Part shown: piece by piece, positions 45,482 through 55,418 of the stretch | Layout of the letters: every line of letters starts with the position of its first letter | How positions within the stretch are numbered: position 1 is the stretch's first letter | From: Candidatus Binatia bacterium | GTDB lineage: Bacteria > Desulfobacterota > Binatia > HRBIN30 | Assembly (NCBI GenBank): GCA_026415395.1 | Contig: JAOAHD010000007.1 | Location: 855,972-919,971 of the forward strand | Direction: 5' to 3' | Length of the DNA stretch: 64,000 nucleotides | Program-made: the position numbers and the translations under genes | Notes under the pieces: generated by a model | Database searches by the model: none | What the model was told of the DNA's origin: nothing | Seen by the model: only the letters and a program-made list of their open reading frames with translations

Positions 45482-45928
45482 ATGGCAAACGCAGCTCAGG
45501 AAACCACAGCTCGCCCTCGGCGGCGGCCAATTGTGCCGTTCTTGCGTTTGGGGGAAGGCGAGGAACAGCCCTATTTGGTGGCTCGCAAGTGCAACAATTG
45601 TGGTGCGCTGTATTGGGGCAACCGCGTCGCTTGCGCCCGCTGCCGGCAAGCCGCGGGGTTCAGCGAAGTGCGGGTGAGTAACCGGGGAACGTTGTGGACG
45701 TATTCGATCGTGCACCAGTCGATGCCTGGCATCCCGGTGCCTTATGTTGCGGCGATTGTCGACTTGCCAGAAGGTATCTCTGTGCGTTGCACGTTGGTTG
45801 ACGTGGAGCCGGATCCGGCCAAGCTCCAGTTTGGCATGCCTGTGGAGATGATCACTCGGAAGGTACGGGAAGACAAAGAGGGCAACGATGTCATCGCCTT
45901 CTTCTTCCGGCCCGCAACCAATGGTTAG
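45482..45928 (+). CDS. Zn-ribbon + OB-fold protein (DUF35 family, thiolase-associated)
   Basis: The start MANAAQE has a GGAGGA RBS. The rubredoxin-like ribbon is CNNCGALYWGNRVACARC, followed by the OB-fold region GTLWTYSIVHQ. Confidence 0.8.
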   Translation: MANAAQETTARPRRRPIVPFLRLGEGEEQPYLVARKCNNCGALYWGNRVACARCRQAAGFSEVRVSNRGTLWTYSIVHQSMPGIPVPYVAAIVDLPEGISVRCTLVDVEPDPAKLQFGMPVEMITRKVREDKEGNDVIAFFFRPATNG

Positions 45929-45966
45929 AAGGTTCAGAGAGGCACGAAGAGGAGAACAGAACGACG

Positions 45967-47097
45967 ATGCGTGACGTGTATGTGCTCGGTGTAGGAATGA
46001 TCAAGTTTGGGCGTTATCCCGACCGCGACGTGGCGGAGCTTGCCGCCGAAGCGGCTCTGCTCGCCTTGCGCGACGCCGATCTCACGATCGACGACGTGCA
46101 ACTGCTGGCCTCGGGGAATTTGTTTCAAGCGCATGCTATGGTGGGCCAGCGCATCCTGCAGCAAATTGGCCAAACCGGAATTCCGGTCATTAACGTCTCG
46201 AATGCCTGCGCTACCGGCTCCACGGCATTTCGTGAAGCGTATTTGGCCGTACGAAGTGGAGAGTACGACATCGCGCTTGCAGTGGGCTCGGAACAAATGG
46301 GAAAGGCCGGGCTGTTGGGTGCGGGAGAGCGGCGCGAGTCGGTCGAGGGCATTCTCGGTAGTGGTCTGATGCCCGCGGTGTTCGGCCAGGCGGGTGTGGA
46401 GCACATGCGTCAGTACGGCACCAAAGTGGAACATTTCGCCAAGATCTCGGTGAAGAACCACAGGCACTCTGTGAAGAACCCGCTGTCGCAGTATCAGGTC
46501 GAGGTGAGCTTGGAGGACGTGCTCAACGCTCGAATGGTGGCTTACCCGAACACCCTATACATGTGTTGCCCCACGGGTGATGGTGCGGCAGCGGCGGTGT
46601 TGGTGTCGGAGGACATCAAAAAGAAGTCGAATCGCAAGGCGGTGAAGGTGGCGTGCTCGGTGCTCACCTCCGATCCGTGGACGGAGCGCGATCTGACCTT
46701 GCCCGACGTGAACACTCTAACCCGCAACGCGGCACGCCAGGCGTATGAGAAGTCCGGCATTGGCCCGAAGGATTTGGACTTGGTCGAGCTGCACGATTGC
46801 TTCGCTACGGCGGAACTCCTCCATTACGAGAACTTGGGATTGTGTGCCGAAGGAGAAGCAGGGCGTGCGGTCGACGAAGGTTGGTTCGAATGGGGTGGTC
46901 GCTTGCCAGTGAACGTGAGCGGCGGGCTCTTGTCCAAGGGGCACCCCCTCGGTGCAACCGGAGTGGCAAACATTTACGAGATTGTCACGCACCTGCGTGG
47001 TGAGGCCGGAGAACGACAGGTGGAGGGAGCAAAGGTCGGCCTGGCGCATGTGATCGGCCTAGGCTCTGCCTGCACGATTCACATATTTACTGTCTAG
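45967..47097 (+). CDS. thiolase-like protein (SCP-x-type lipid-transfer/thiolase partner of DUF35)
   Basis: The start is MRDVYVLGVGMIKFGR. The active-site region is NVSNACATGSTAF. Confidence 0.8.
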   Translation: MRDVYVLGVGMIKFGRYPDRDVAELAAEAALLALRDADLTIDDVQLLASGNLFQAHAMVGQRILQQIGQTGIPVINVSNACATGSTAFREAYLAVRSGEYDIALAVGSEQMGKAGLLGAGERRESVEGILGSGLMPAVFGQAGVEHMRQYGTKVEHFAKISVKNHRHSVKNPLSQYQVEVSLEDVLNARMVAYPNTLYMCCPTGDGAAAAVLVSEDIKKKSNRKAVKVACSVLTSDPWTERDLTLPDVNTLTRNAARQAYEKSGIGPKDLDLVELHDCFATAELLHYENLGLCAEGEAGRAVDEGWFEWGGRLPVNVSGGLLSKGHPLGATGVANIYEIVTHLRGEAGERQVEGAKVGLAHVIGLGSACTIHIFTV

Positions 47098-47324
47098 GCG
47101 GCGAGACTTCCGCGGGCATCCGGGGCTATCGCAGGCGCCGCTCCTAAGCAGGGTGGTGCCCGGCCGCAGGTCTTCAGGCGCGGCCCACGCGGCGGGTGCA
47201 ACGGCGCGCTGCAGACGATGATTCGACGGGTAGGTGCCGTTCGTTCCCTTTCCGGCTTGGGCAGCGCGGGTAACCGCAGGAACGTTGAGTAGACCCACGC
47301 GCGTTGGGGCGCGAGTACCGTCCC

Positions 47325-49610
47325 TCACCGTGGCCCGGAGGTGTGGGGCGCACGGTCGTTCCGCACGAAGGCTTGCAACTCCGTGCCCACGGGCGAACCC
47401 TCGCGGAAGAACACCGCGGGTTGACCGATGGGAGCGGGAACGACGAGATCTTTCGGACCCACATGTGTGACGCCCGACCAAAGGTGGATCCACGAACCCG
47501 CGGGTAGGTAGACGGGAACTTCCTCTTGGCCAGGATCGAGAACGGGAGCAACGAGCAAGTCTGGCCCCACGAGAAATTCCTGGAAGGTGATCTTCCTCAC
47601 GCGCGGGTCTTCGGGATAGTGCAGGAACAGGTGACGAACTACGGGTGACCCGCGTTCCGCTGCCTCGCGAACGAGGCGTTCTCGATATTGCTGCCAGCTT
47701 GCAAACAGGCGAGCAAAGTAAGCGAACCAATCTAGCGTGTTGGGGTCGGAGTAAAACTGATGGTTGGCCTCCGGCAAATTGCCCTCGTGCGTACGGAACA
47801 CCACTTGAAAGGCGGCGAGTTCCAGCCAGCGCAAGAGTAACTCGCGGCTGCGGCGGTAGCGGAGCAGTGGGCGGTCGATGGTTGTGTACCCCCCGATGTC
47901 CCCGTGATTGAAGGCGAAGCCGGAAAGACCAGAGGAAAGTAGACCCGTGACGGCACTCTTGATGCCGTCGTGGGAATCCCACGTTACCATTTGATCTCCG
48001 AGCCAAAACAGGGTGGCGAAGCGCGGGCTTTGGGTAAAACCTGAGCGCATGAAAAACAGGCCTTCGTTGCCGAGAGCGCTGCGGTCGAGAGCATCGAGGT
48101 TCACCTCCGCCCAAAGCACCGGGTACTGATTGTGCAGGGCGGATGCATCACCGTTTGCGAGCTGGGCATCGAAGGGGAGTCCCTCGCCAAAGTCGGCCAT
48201 CCAACCAGAAATGCCGATGGCGACGAGATTCTGTTGAACGACGTCGATGAACCACTCGCGGGCCGCGGGCTGGGTCCAATCTAAAAGTCCGGCAGAAAAC
48301 GTAGTGTTCTTGATCAGGTACGGCTGGCCATCGCGCTGGCGAACGAGGAAACCGGCGTGGGCAGCTTCGCGAAACAAGTTCTGCCGGTGGTTGGGCTTCT
48401 CTGCCACATCGACGAGGAAGGGGTTCAGGTAGGTGAGCATACGGATGCCGTCTCCGCTGAGGTCGGCAACGAGCGCCTCCCACTCCGGATAACGGTCGCG
48501 ATCGAGTTCCCAGTTCCACCAAAGCTGCTTTCCGAAAGCAGTGGTGCGCTGGCCCACCCAGTCCTGTAACCAAAATGCAGCCACGGGTGTATGGCGCTCT
48601 TTGAGCTGTTCCCACACCTGGCGCACGGCTGTGGTTCCGCCTTGCATGCCGACGATGGCCCCTTTGAGTACCCAGGAGGGGAGCGCGCGCATCCGACCGG
48701 CAACCGAAGTGTGCGCAGCGATAAGTTCTAGAGGTGTGGCGCCCGCGTAGAGGTGCCCGCGGAGACTGCTGGACCAAACTTCCACATCGACTCGCTCGGG
48801 GTTGCGCAAGTCGAAGGTGGCATACTCGGTATTGTTCAGTGCGAGAGAGCGGAGTTTCGAGGTGATGTAATGCGGAACAGGTGCATAGGTAGTGTGCCAG
48901 CTCCCCCCGGCGCCGGCGATGAGGTCGAGCACCGCCGTTACGGGTTGCGCTCCGCGGCCGATCCCTTGCTCGCTGACAACGATCGGAACGCGGTGGCCCT
49001 TGAAGTCGAAGTAGGTGAATTGTTCGCCAAACCCAAAGATCCGCTCGTCGGGTTCGGAGGCGAAGGACAAGCGCACGCGGTTGTAAGCGGGATTTTGGAT
49101 GCGCGCCTCAATGGCGAGGACGTTGTCGTCGCGCACGGTCAACGTGAAGGAGTAGCCGACGGAATTGCCCGGGCAGTGTAGCACCCCAAGGATTTGATAC
49201 TCTTGCGCAGTGGCTCGGATAGCTTGAATCGCCTGGTCTAGGCATAACTCGTGTACCGCCTGATCGAGGGTGAACAAACTGCGCTGCTCGCGTACGCGTC
49301 CCGTTGCCTTGGCGGCGGTTACAAATGGGCGACCAGGCAAGGTGTGCCAGAGAGTTTGATTGCGGCTGGGCTGCGTGATGGTGAGCGCCGCGTCGTTCCA
49401 AGTTGAGCCGGCCCAGCGGATGGACCAGCGGCCGAGCGCAATCGGAGCGGGCGGGAACTCCGCGCCAGAAGCCGTAAGGCGCCCCTCGCGCCCGCACGCA
49501 GGGGCGCCGATGAGGAAGGGTAGCAGTGCAAGGAGTGGGTAAAGCTTCGGGCGAGTGGGGGGAGAGGAGGTCGCAGAGCTGCGCCGCCTTTGGGGAATTC
49601 TCGTTGTCAT
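47325..49610 (-). CDS. glycoside hydrolase family 31 (alpha-glucosidase/alpha-xylosidase-like), secreted/lipoprotein
   Basis: The start MTTRIPQRRRSS...LLALLPFLIGAPACG (ATG rc 49608-49610) is a signal peptide. The GH31 catalytic region reads GISGWMADFGEGLPFDA. About 177 aa upstream in the track ORF is junk. Confidence 0.75.
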   Translation of the reverse strand: MTTRIPQRRRSSATSSPPTRPKLYPLLALLPFLIGAPACGREGRLTASGAEFPPAPIALGRWSIRWAGSTWNDAALTITQPSRNQTLWHTLPGRPFVTAAKATGRVREQRSLFTLDQAVHELCLDQAIQAIRATAQEYQILGVLHCPGNSVGYSFTLTVRDDNVLAIEARIQNPAYNRVRLSFASEPDERIFGFGEQFTYFDFKGHRVPIVVSEQGIGRGAQPVTAVLDLIAGAGGSWHTTYAPVPHYITSKLRSLALNNTEYATFDLRNPERVDVEVWSSSLRGHLYAGATPLELIAAHTSVAGRMRALPSWVLKGAIVGMQGGTTAVRQVWEQLKERHTPVAAFWLQDWVGQRTTAFGKQLWWNWELDRDRYPEWEALVADLSGDGIRMLTYLNPFLVDVAEKPNHRQNLFREAAHAGFLVRQRDGQPYLIKNTTFSAGLLDWTQPAAREWFIDVVQQNLVAIGISGWMADFGEGLPFDAQLANGDASALHNQYPVLWAEVNLDALDRSALGNEGLFFMRSGFTQSPRFATLFWLGDQMVTWDSHDGIKSAVTGLLSSGLSGFAFNHGDIGGYTTIDRPLLRYRRSRELLLRWLELAAFQVVFRTHEGNLPEANHQFYSDPNTLDWFAYFARLFASWQQYRERLVREAAERGSPVVRHLFLHYPEDPRVRKITFQEFLVGPDLLVAPVLDPGQEEVPVYLPAGSWIHLWSGVTHVGPKDLVVPAPIGQPAVFFREGSPVGTELQAFVRNDRAPHTSGPR

Positions 49611-49694
49611 GACGCAGCCATTTACATGAATTCGAATACCGATTGCTGCCCTTGACCGGCGCGCAACGGGGTCGTTAGGCAGCTTGAGCTCACT

Positions 49695-50540
49695 ATGAAT
49701 CTTGCGTGCAAGGGGCCGCCTGAGTTGTTCGGGTTTCCGCGGCACCGGTGGCTGGATTACGGGCCGTGGCTTGCGGCCGCGATGGTCTCGCACGCAATAC
49801 TGGTGTGGGCCTTGTCGCACATACCTGTGCAGGTGTTGCCGTTGGTGGGCGAGCCACCATTGCGGGTGACCATTGTCGGGCTGCGTTCCGGTGGAGGCGC
49901 GCCCCCCGGAGGGCCCGCTGCGGAACATCGAGAAGAAGCTGGTATGGGAGCAATGCGGTCGTCGCCCGACGCGGGTGAACAACCGCCTGCAGATCCGGCG
50001 CCTCAGCGAAATCACCAACCGAAGGTTCGAAGGCCGGCGCCAGCGCGCAACCAAAGGGCGAAGGTAGCCGAGGCAAACACGGAGCGGAGCGCAACCCGTT
50101 CGGTGGTCCCGAACAAAGCCGAGGACGACCTGGGTTCCCACTTGGGGGCGAGCGAAGGGTCGGGCGGTGCTGGCGCGAATGCTGCGGGAGGCAAGGGGGA
50201 AGGAAACGGCGGCAGTGGTGCAGCCGGGGGAATGGGGGGGCGAGGCGGAGTCGCTGGGACCGGAGTGGGCGATGCCCGTGCGTACTGCCTGCGTTGTCCG
50301 CCGCCTGTGTACCCCGTGATGGCGCGGCAGCGCAATTGGAGTGGAGTGGTGCGCGTGTGGCTGGAGCTAGCGGGAGACGGAACGGTGCGCACAGCGCGGG
50401 TGGAACAGTCGTCCGGGCATGAGGTTCTTGATCGGGAGGCACTGGCTGCGGCAAAGAACAGCCGATTTCGCTTACCCGCAGACGCGTCGGGCCGCACGAC
50501 CAGCGGGGTCATCGAGTACCGCTTCGAACTCGTGGAGTAA
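49695..50540 (+). CDS. TonB-family energy-transducer protein
   Basis: It has an N-terminal TM, a Pro/Gly-rich linker, and the C-terminal TonB domain VYPVMARQRNWSGVVRVWLELAGDGTVRTARVEQSSGHEVLDREALAAA. No exbB/exbD genes are adjacent. Confidence 0.75.
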   Translation: MNLACKGPPELFGFPRHRWLDYGPWLAAAMVSHAILVWALSHIPVQVLPLVGEPPLRVTIVGLRSGGGAPPGGPAAEHREEAGMGAMRSSPDAGEQPPADPAPQRNHQPKVRRPAPARNQRAKVAEANTERSATRSVVPNKAEDDLGSHLGASEGSGGAGANAAGGKGEGNGGSGAAGGMGGRGGVAGTGVGDARAYCLRCPPPVYPVMARQRNWSGVVRVWLELAGDGTVRTARVEQSSGHEVLDREALAAAKNSRFRLPADASGRTTSGVIEYRFELVE

Positions 50541-50686
50541 AGCGGCCGCAATCGGCAGTGGCCGAAGCGAGAAATCTACACGTGTTCGGACGGCCGAACA
50601 CGTTGCGCCGATAAGGCCTTTGCGTTACCGACTTGGACTCGTTGCGGGTCGGCCCCCGAGGCGGGCTGCCTGGCGCTGTGTTGCGT

Positions 50687-53341
50687 ATGAAGGAGCTCCC
50701 GAAAACCTATGACCCCTCGCAAGTCGAGGACAAGTGGTACGCCTTCTGGGAACAACAGGGATACTTTTGGGCTGAGGAAGACCAGCCGGGCCCGCGTTTT
50801 AGCATCGTAATCCCACCGCCGAACGTCACCGGTGTGCTCACGATGGGGCACGTCCTGAACAACACCTTGCAAGACATTTTGGTGCGCTACAAGCGCATGG
50901 ATGGCTTCGTGACCCTGTGGCTTCCGGGAACGGACCATGCCGGAATTGCCACACAGAACGCGGTTGAAAAGCAACTCGCGAAGGAGGGGTTGGATCGGCA
51001 TCGCCTCGGCCGCGAGGCATTTTTACAGCGCGTTTGGGAGTGGAAGGAAAAATATGGCCGCACCATTTTGCTTCAGCTCCGCAAGCTCGGCGCTTCGTGC
51101 GACTGGCGGCGAGAGCGGTTCACCATGGACCCTGGGCTCTCTGCTGCCGTGCGCGAGGTGTTCGTGCGCTTGTACGAAAAAGGGCTCATTTACCGCGGCC
51201 AGCGAATCATCCACTGGTGCGTTCGTTGCCACACCGCGCTGTCTGACGAAGAGGCGATTACCGTAGAGGGTGGCGAAGCTGGCTCGCTGTGGCACATCCG
51301 CTACCCAGCCGAAGATGGCGGGGAGGGTGTGGTGGTGGCCACGACGCGTCCGGAGACCATGCTCGGCGACGTGGCGGTTGCCGTTCACCCTGACGATGTC
51401 CGTTACCGGCACCTCATCGGAAAGCGGGTGGTGCTGCCATTGCTGGAGCGGCCCATTCCCGTGATTGCCGATCCGGCGGTGGATCCGAGCTTCGGCACCG
51501 GTGCAGTGAAGGTAACCCCGGCGCACGATGCCGCCGATTTCGAGATTGCGCAGCGCCAGAATTTGCCGCCGTTGGTGGTGATGGATACCGAGGGCAAGAT
51601 CAACGAGAACGGAGGCCCCTACCGAGGCTTGGAGCGCTTCGCGGCGCGGCGGAAAATCGTGGCCGACCTCAGCGAGCGCGGCTTGCTGGTGAAGGAGGAG
51701 CCGTACCGTGTGCCGGTGCGGCGCTGCGAGCGCTGCCAGACGGTGATCGAGCCATATCTATCGACTCAATGGTTCGTGCGCATGAAACCCTTGGCGGGGC
51801 CGGCGATCGAAGCGGTGCGGTCGGGCAAGCTGAGGCTCATTCCGGAACGTTGGGTTGGAGTGTACCTCCATTGGTTGGAAAACATCCGTGATTGGTGCAT
51901 CAGCCGCCAGCTTTGGTGGGGGCACCGAATCCCGGTTTGGTATTGCGCCCAATGCGGCAAGGAGACGGTCGCCCGCACGGACCCGACTGCCTGCGCTCAC
52001 TGTCGCTCGACGGAGATCGTACAAGATCCCGACGTGCTCGACACTTGGTTTAGTTCTTGGCTGTGGCCGTTTTCGACCATGGGTTGGCCGGAGCGCACGC
52101 GGACTCTGGAGCGCTTCTATCCCACGGATGTTCTCGTGACGGGAGCAGACATCATCTTTTTCTGGGTGGCCCGGATGGTCATGGCAGGGTGCGAGTTCAT
52201 GGGGGAGGTGCCCTTCCGCACGGTGTACTTCAACAGCATCGTGCGCGACCTGCAGGGCCGTAAGATGTCGAAGTCGCTGGGCAATTCCCCAGACCCCTTG
52301 GAGGTGATTCAGGAGTTCGGTGCCGATGCGCTGCGCTACACGATCGTGGCTCTGGCGCCTCCCGGTGAGGATGTCCGCTATGCAAAGGAGAAAACCGACC
52401 TCGGGCGGCACTTCGCCAATAAGATCTGGAACGCCGCGCGCTTCGTGTTGCGACAGGTGAAGCCGGGGGAGCAGGTGGCTCCGCTTGCGGCCTACCGCTC
52501 GCAGGAATTTGCGGTTGCAGACCGTTGGATTCTCTCCCGCCTGCAACAAGTGATCGAAAACACGCGGAGCGCTCTCGATCAGTTCCGCTTCAACGATGCC
52601 GCATTAGGAATCTACCAGTTTCTCTGGCACGAGTACTGCGATTGGTACATCGAAATGGCCAAGCTGCCGCTTTCCAACACTGGCTCCGCAGAAGCTCGGC
52701 GTACGTGCTCGGTATTGGTGGCGGTGTTGGATCAGGCGTTGCGGCTCCTGCACCCGATCATGCCGTTTGTCACAGAGGAGGTCTGGCAGCATTTGCCGGT
52801 CGAGCGACCAGCGGCCAGTATCATGGTGGCGCCATTCCCGCGGGCGGATCAGGCTTGGCGAGATTCTGCCGCCGAGGAGTGCGTTGCGCAAATCCTTGCG
52901 GCGGTACGCGGCGTGCGAAATTTGCGTGCGGACCTGGGTCTACCTCCCGGGCAAGCCCTGACGGTACGCCTTCCTGCAAGCGTGTCGCCCGAGATGGAAG
53001 CCCTGTTGCGTGCGTATCTCAAAGTGCTGGCACGGGCAGAACGCATCGAACGCATGGAGAAGGGTGAGCACCCAGTGGGGGAACCTTCGGTCATGGTCGA
53101 TGGGCTCGGCGAGCTATTTCTCCCGGTGCGCGGCCTTGTGGATACCGCCGAGGTGCGGCAGCGCTTGGAACGGGAACTCGGGAAATTGAGAAAAGATTTA
53201 GAGCTCGTCGAAAGTAAGTTAGCTCGGGAGGATTTCGTTGCCCGGGCACCGCGCGAAATCGTCGAGAAGGAGCGCGAGAAAGCAACAGCGCTGCGCCAGC
53301 GCGCGGAGAATTTGCGGCGGCACCTCGAAGCGCTCGCTTGA
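50687..53341 (+). CDS. valS: valine--tRNA ligase
   Basis: The start is MKELPKTYDPSQVEDKWYAFWEQ. The HIGH motif is PPNVTGVLTMGHV and the KMSKS motif is present. The C-terminal coiled-coil is typical of ValRS. The protein is 884 aa. Confidence 0.95.
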   Translation: MKELPKTYDPSQVEDKWYAFWEQQGYFWAEEDQPGPRFSIVIPPPNVTGVLTMGHVLNNTLQDILVRYKRMDGFVTLWLPGTDHAGIATQNAVEKQLAKEGLDRHRLGREAFLQRVWEWKEKYGRTILLQLRKLGASCDWRRERFTMDPGLSAAVREVFVRLYEKGLIYRGQRIIHWCVRCHTALSDEEAITVEGGEAGSLWHIRYPAEDGGEGVVVATTRPETMLGDVAVAVHPDDVRYRHLIGKRVVLPLLERPIPVIADPAVDPSFGTGAVKVTPAHDAADFEIAQRQNLPPLVVMDTEGKINENGGPYRGLERFAARRKIVADLSERGLLVKEEPYRVPVRRCERCQTVIEPYLSTQWFVRMKPLAGPAIEAVRSGKLRLIPERWVGVYLHWLENIRDWCISRQLWWGHRIPVWYCAQCGKETVARTDPTACAHCRSTEIVQDPDVLDTWFSSWLWPFSTMGWPERTRTLERFYPTDVLVTGADIIFFWVARMVMAGCEFMGEVPFRTVYFNSIVRDLQGRKMSKSLGNSPDPLEVIQEFGADALRYTIVALAPPGEDVRYAKEKTDLGRHFANKIWNAARFVLRQVKPGEQVAPLAAYRSQEFAVADRWILSRLQQVIENTRSALDQFRFNDAALGIYQFLWHEYCDWYIEMAKLPLSNTGSAEARRTCSVLVAVLDQALRLLHPIMPFVTEEVWQHLPVERPAASIMVAPFPRADQAWRDSAAEECVAQILAAVRGVRNLRADLGLPPGQALTVRLPASVSPEMEALLRAYLKVLARAERIERMEKGEHPVGEPSVMVDGLGELFLPVRGLVDTAEVRQRLERELGKLRKDLELVESKLAREDFVARAPREIVEKEREKATALRQRAENLRRHLEALA

Positions 53342-53540
53342 GTGCTTACGGCCTCTTCTCCGCGGGACCTTGCGCCTGCGCTCCATTCTGCACGCAGGAC
53401 TTGAGATATGGCCGAGGGCTGCGCGGGGCAGGCCCGCAGCGAGCCTTTGGGCCCGTGGTTGGCAGCGGTGCATTGACTGAACAGCAGCCTCGCCACTAAA
53501 AGCAGCAATTCAAAACTTGCTCCGGGAGGCACACCGACGA

Positions 53541-55364
53541 ATGGCTGAACCATTGATGTTCGATGCACCCACATTCACTGTAAGCGCTCACATCGAAGCC
53601 CGTGCTCGTCATCCGGTAACACGGGACAAAGTATTGCTGATGCACCGAGATCGGCGTTGGACGTATCGGCAGTTTCGCAACGAAAGCGTGCGCACTGCGC
53701 ATTTTTTGCTTCAGCGGCTCGGTAAAATTGACAGTGACCATCCCGGCCACGTTGCCATGTTGCTCGAAAATCACCTCGAGCTGCTCTCACTGTACGGCGG
53801 GTGCGCTTATGGTGGCCTGCTGTTGTTCGGTGTGAACACTGGGCTGCGCGGCGAGGTGTTGGCTGGAGTGTTGAATCATGCGCGGGCTCGTGTGCTGGTT
53901 GTAGACGAGAAGTTTCTTCCGGAAGTCGAACGAATTCAAAACCAGCTTCGCTATCTTGGGTCTGAAAATATCTTGGTGTTGCGCACGCAAGGCGGCGAGG
54001 TGCCTGCCACCCGGGACTATGTGGCGTGTCTCGACCGCGAGGTGGGGCCGAGCGAGCGTGAATTGGATCCGCCGGATGTCGCCGTCTCGCCGGACACGAA
54101 CCTGATGGTGATTTACACTTCCGGAACCACTGGCTTGCCGAAGGGGATCTTGAACAACCATATGAAGCTTTGTGCGGTCGGCTTCGGCGTCTCTTCGAAC
54201 CTCGGCCTGACGTATGAGGATGTCGGGTACGGTTGCATGCCCTTGTTCCACTCGAACTCGATGTTCGTCGGCTTTATGCCGGCGTTTTGGGTAGGGGGCA
54301 GCATGGGGTTGCGCGAGCGTTTTAGCGCGAGCCAGTTTCTCGATGATATCTTTACGTATGGCTCCACGTTCTGGAATTACGTCGGTGAGCCCGTGCATTA
54401 TGTGCTGGCGGCAATCGAGAAGCGCTATGGCGGCGACGAAGAGGTGATTGCGCGGGAAGTGACCAACAATCCTCGGAACAAATTGCGCTATGCTGTGGGC
54501 AACGGAGCGGCCCCGCCAGACATCGATAAGTTCATGAAGTGGCTCGGGCTCGAAGACATGTTCGAGCTTTACGGCTCCACCGAGGCGGCCATTAGTACGT
54601 TCCGGCGAAAAGGGGATCCACGTGGGTGCGTAGGTGAGATTACCGATCCGGCCGTGAAGATCTTGGCGCCAGACGGTAGCGAGTGCGAGCCAGCGCAATT
54701 GGGCCCCGACGGGAAGCTCCTCAACTACGACCGAGCTGTGGGAGAAATTTGCCGCGTGGCGCCGGATACTGCGCTGTTCCAAGGTTACTACGACAATCCG
54801 CAGGCCAACCAGGAAAAGTACCGCGACGGGGTGTACCACTCCGGCGACTTGGGCCACATACTGATCGTCAATGGGCGGCGGTACTTGTACTTCGATGGCA
54901 GGACGGATGACTGGATTCGCAAAGACGGGGAAAATTTCTCGGCCGCGCAAGTAGGCCGCTTGCTGAGCGAGCACCCGGACATCCAACTTGCTGTCGCCTA
55001 TGGCGTACCTTGCCCAATTTCCGACGAGTTGGTGATGGCGGCAATCAAGCTGCGCGATGGAGCGGAATTCGATCCGCAGGGTTTCTTCAATTGGTGCGAG
55101 AAACAGGTCACGCACGGCAGCATGGATCGGAAATGGTTCCCGGACTTTGTCCGGATTGTCGACGATTTTGAATACACGCAGACGCAGAAGGTGTTGGTGC
55201 GAAACTACAAGAAGGTTCACTTCGATCTCAATCGCATTCCTGATGCGCGCATTTACTGGCGCCGCCGGGGCGATACGACGTTCCGGCCATTTACTCGCGA
55301 CGACTACGAGGGCTTACGGCGCGAGTTTGCGGCTCAGGAGAAACTGGAACTGCTCGATCGTTAA
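53541..55364 (+). CDS. acyl-CoA synthetase / AMP-dependent ligase
   Basis: The ATG at 53541 has a GGAGG RBS 11 nt upstream. The AMP-binding motif is MVIYTSGTTGLPKG. The track ORF begins at the TTG at 53517. Confidence 0.8.
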   Translation: MAEPLMFDAPTFTVSAHIEARARHPVTRDKVLLMHRDRRWTYRQFRNESVRTAHFLLQRLGKIDSDHPGHVAMLLENHLELLSLYGGCAYGGLLLFGVNTGLRGEVLAGVLNHARARVLVVDEKFLPEVERIQNQLRYLGSENILVLRTQGGEVPATRDYVACLDREVGPSERELDPPDVAVSPDTNLMVIYTSGTTGLPKGILNNHMKLCAVGFGVSSNLGLTYEDVGYGCMPLFHSNSMFVGFMPAFWVGGSMGLRERFSASQFLDDIFTYGSTFWNYVGEPVHYVLAAIEKRYGGDEEVIAREVTNNPRNKLRYAVGNGAAPPDIDKFMKWLGLEDMFELYGSTEAAISTFRRKGDPRGCVGEITDPAVKILAPDGSECEPAQLGPDGKLLNYDRAVGEICRVAPDTALFQGYYDNPQANQEKYRDGVYHSGDLGHILIVNGRRYLYFDGRTDDWIRKDGENFSAAQVGRLLSEHPDIQLAVAYGVPCPISDELVMAAIKLRDGAEFDPQGFFNWCEKQVTHGSMDRKWFPDFVRIVDDFEYTQTQKVLVRNYKKVHFDLNRIPDARIYWRRRGDTTFRPFTRDDYEGLRREFAAQEKLELLDR

Positions 55365-55418
55365 CAGCGGTGGAACAAACGCCGCGTTCGCGGCGGACTG
55401 AGGGAACGGGAGGCAACT

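Noticed and set aside
53342-53516. Possible hairpins after valS (gctgcg...cgcagc; cctgcg...cgcagg)
   Set aside because: The stems are only 6 bp with 11-13-nt loops. This is too weak to call a terminator without folding energies.
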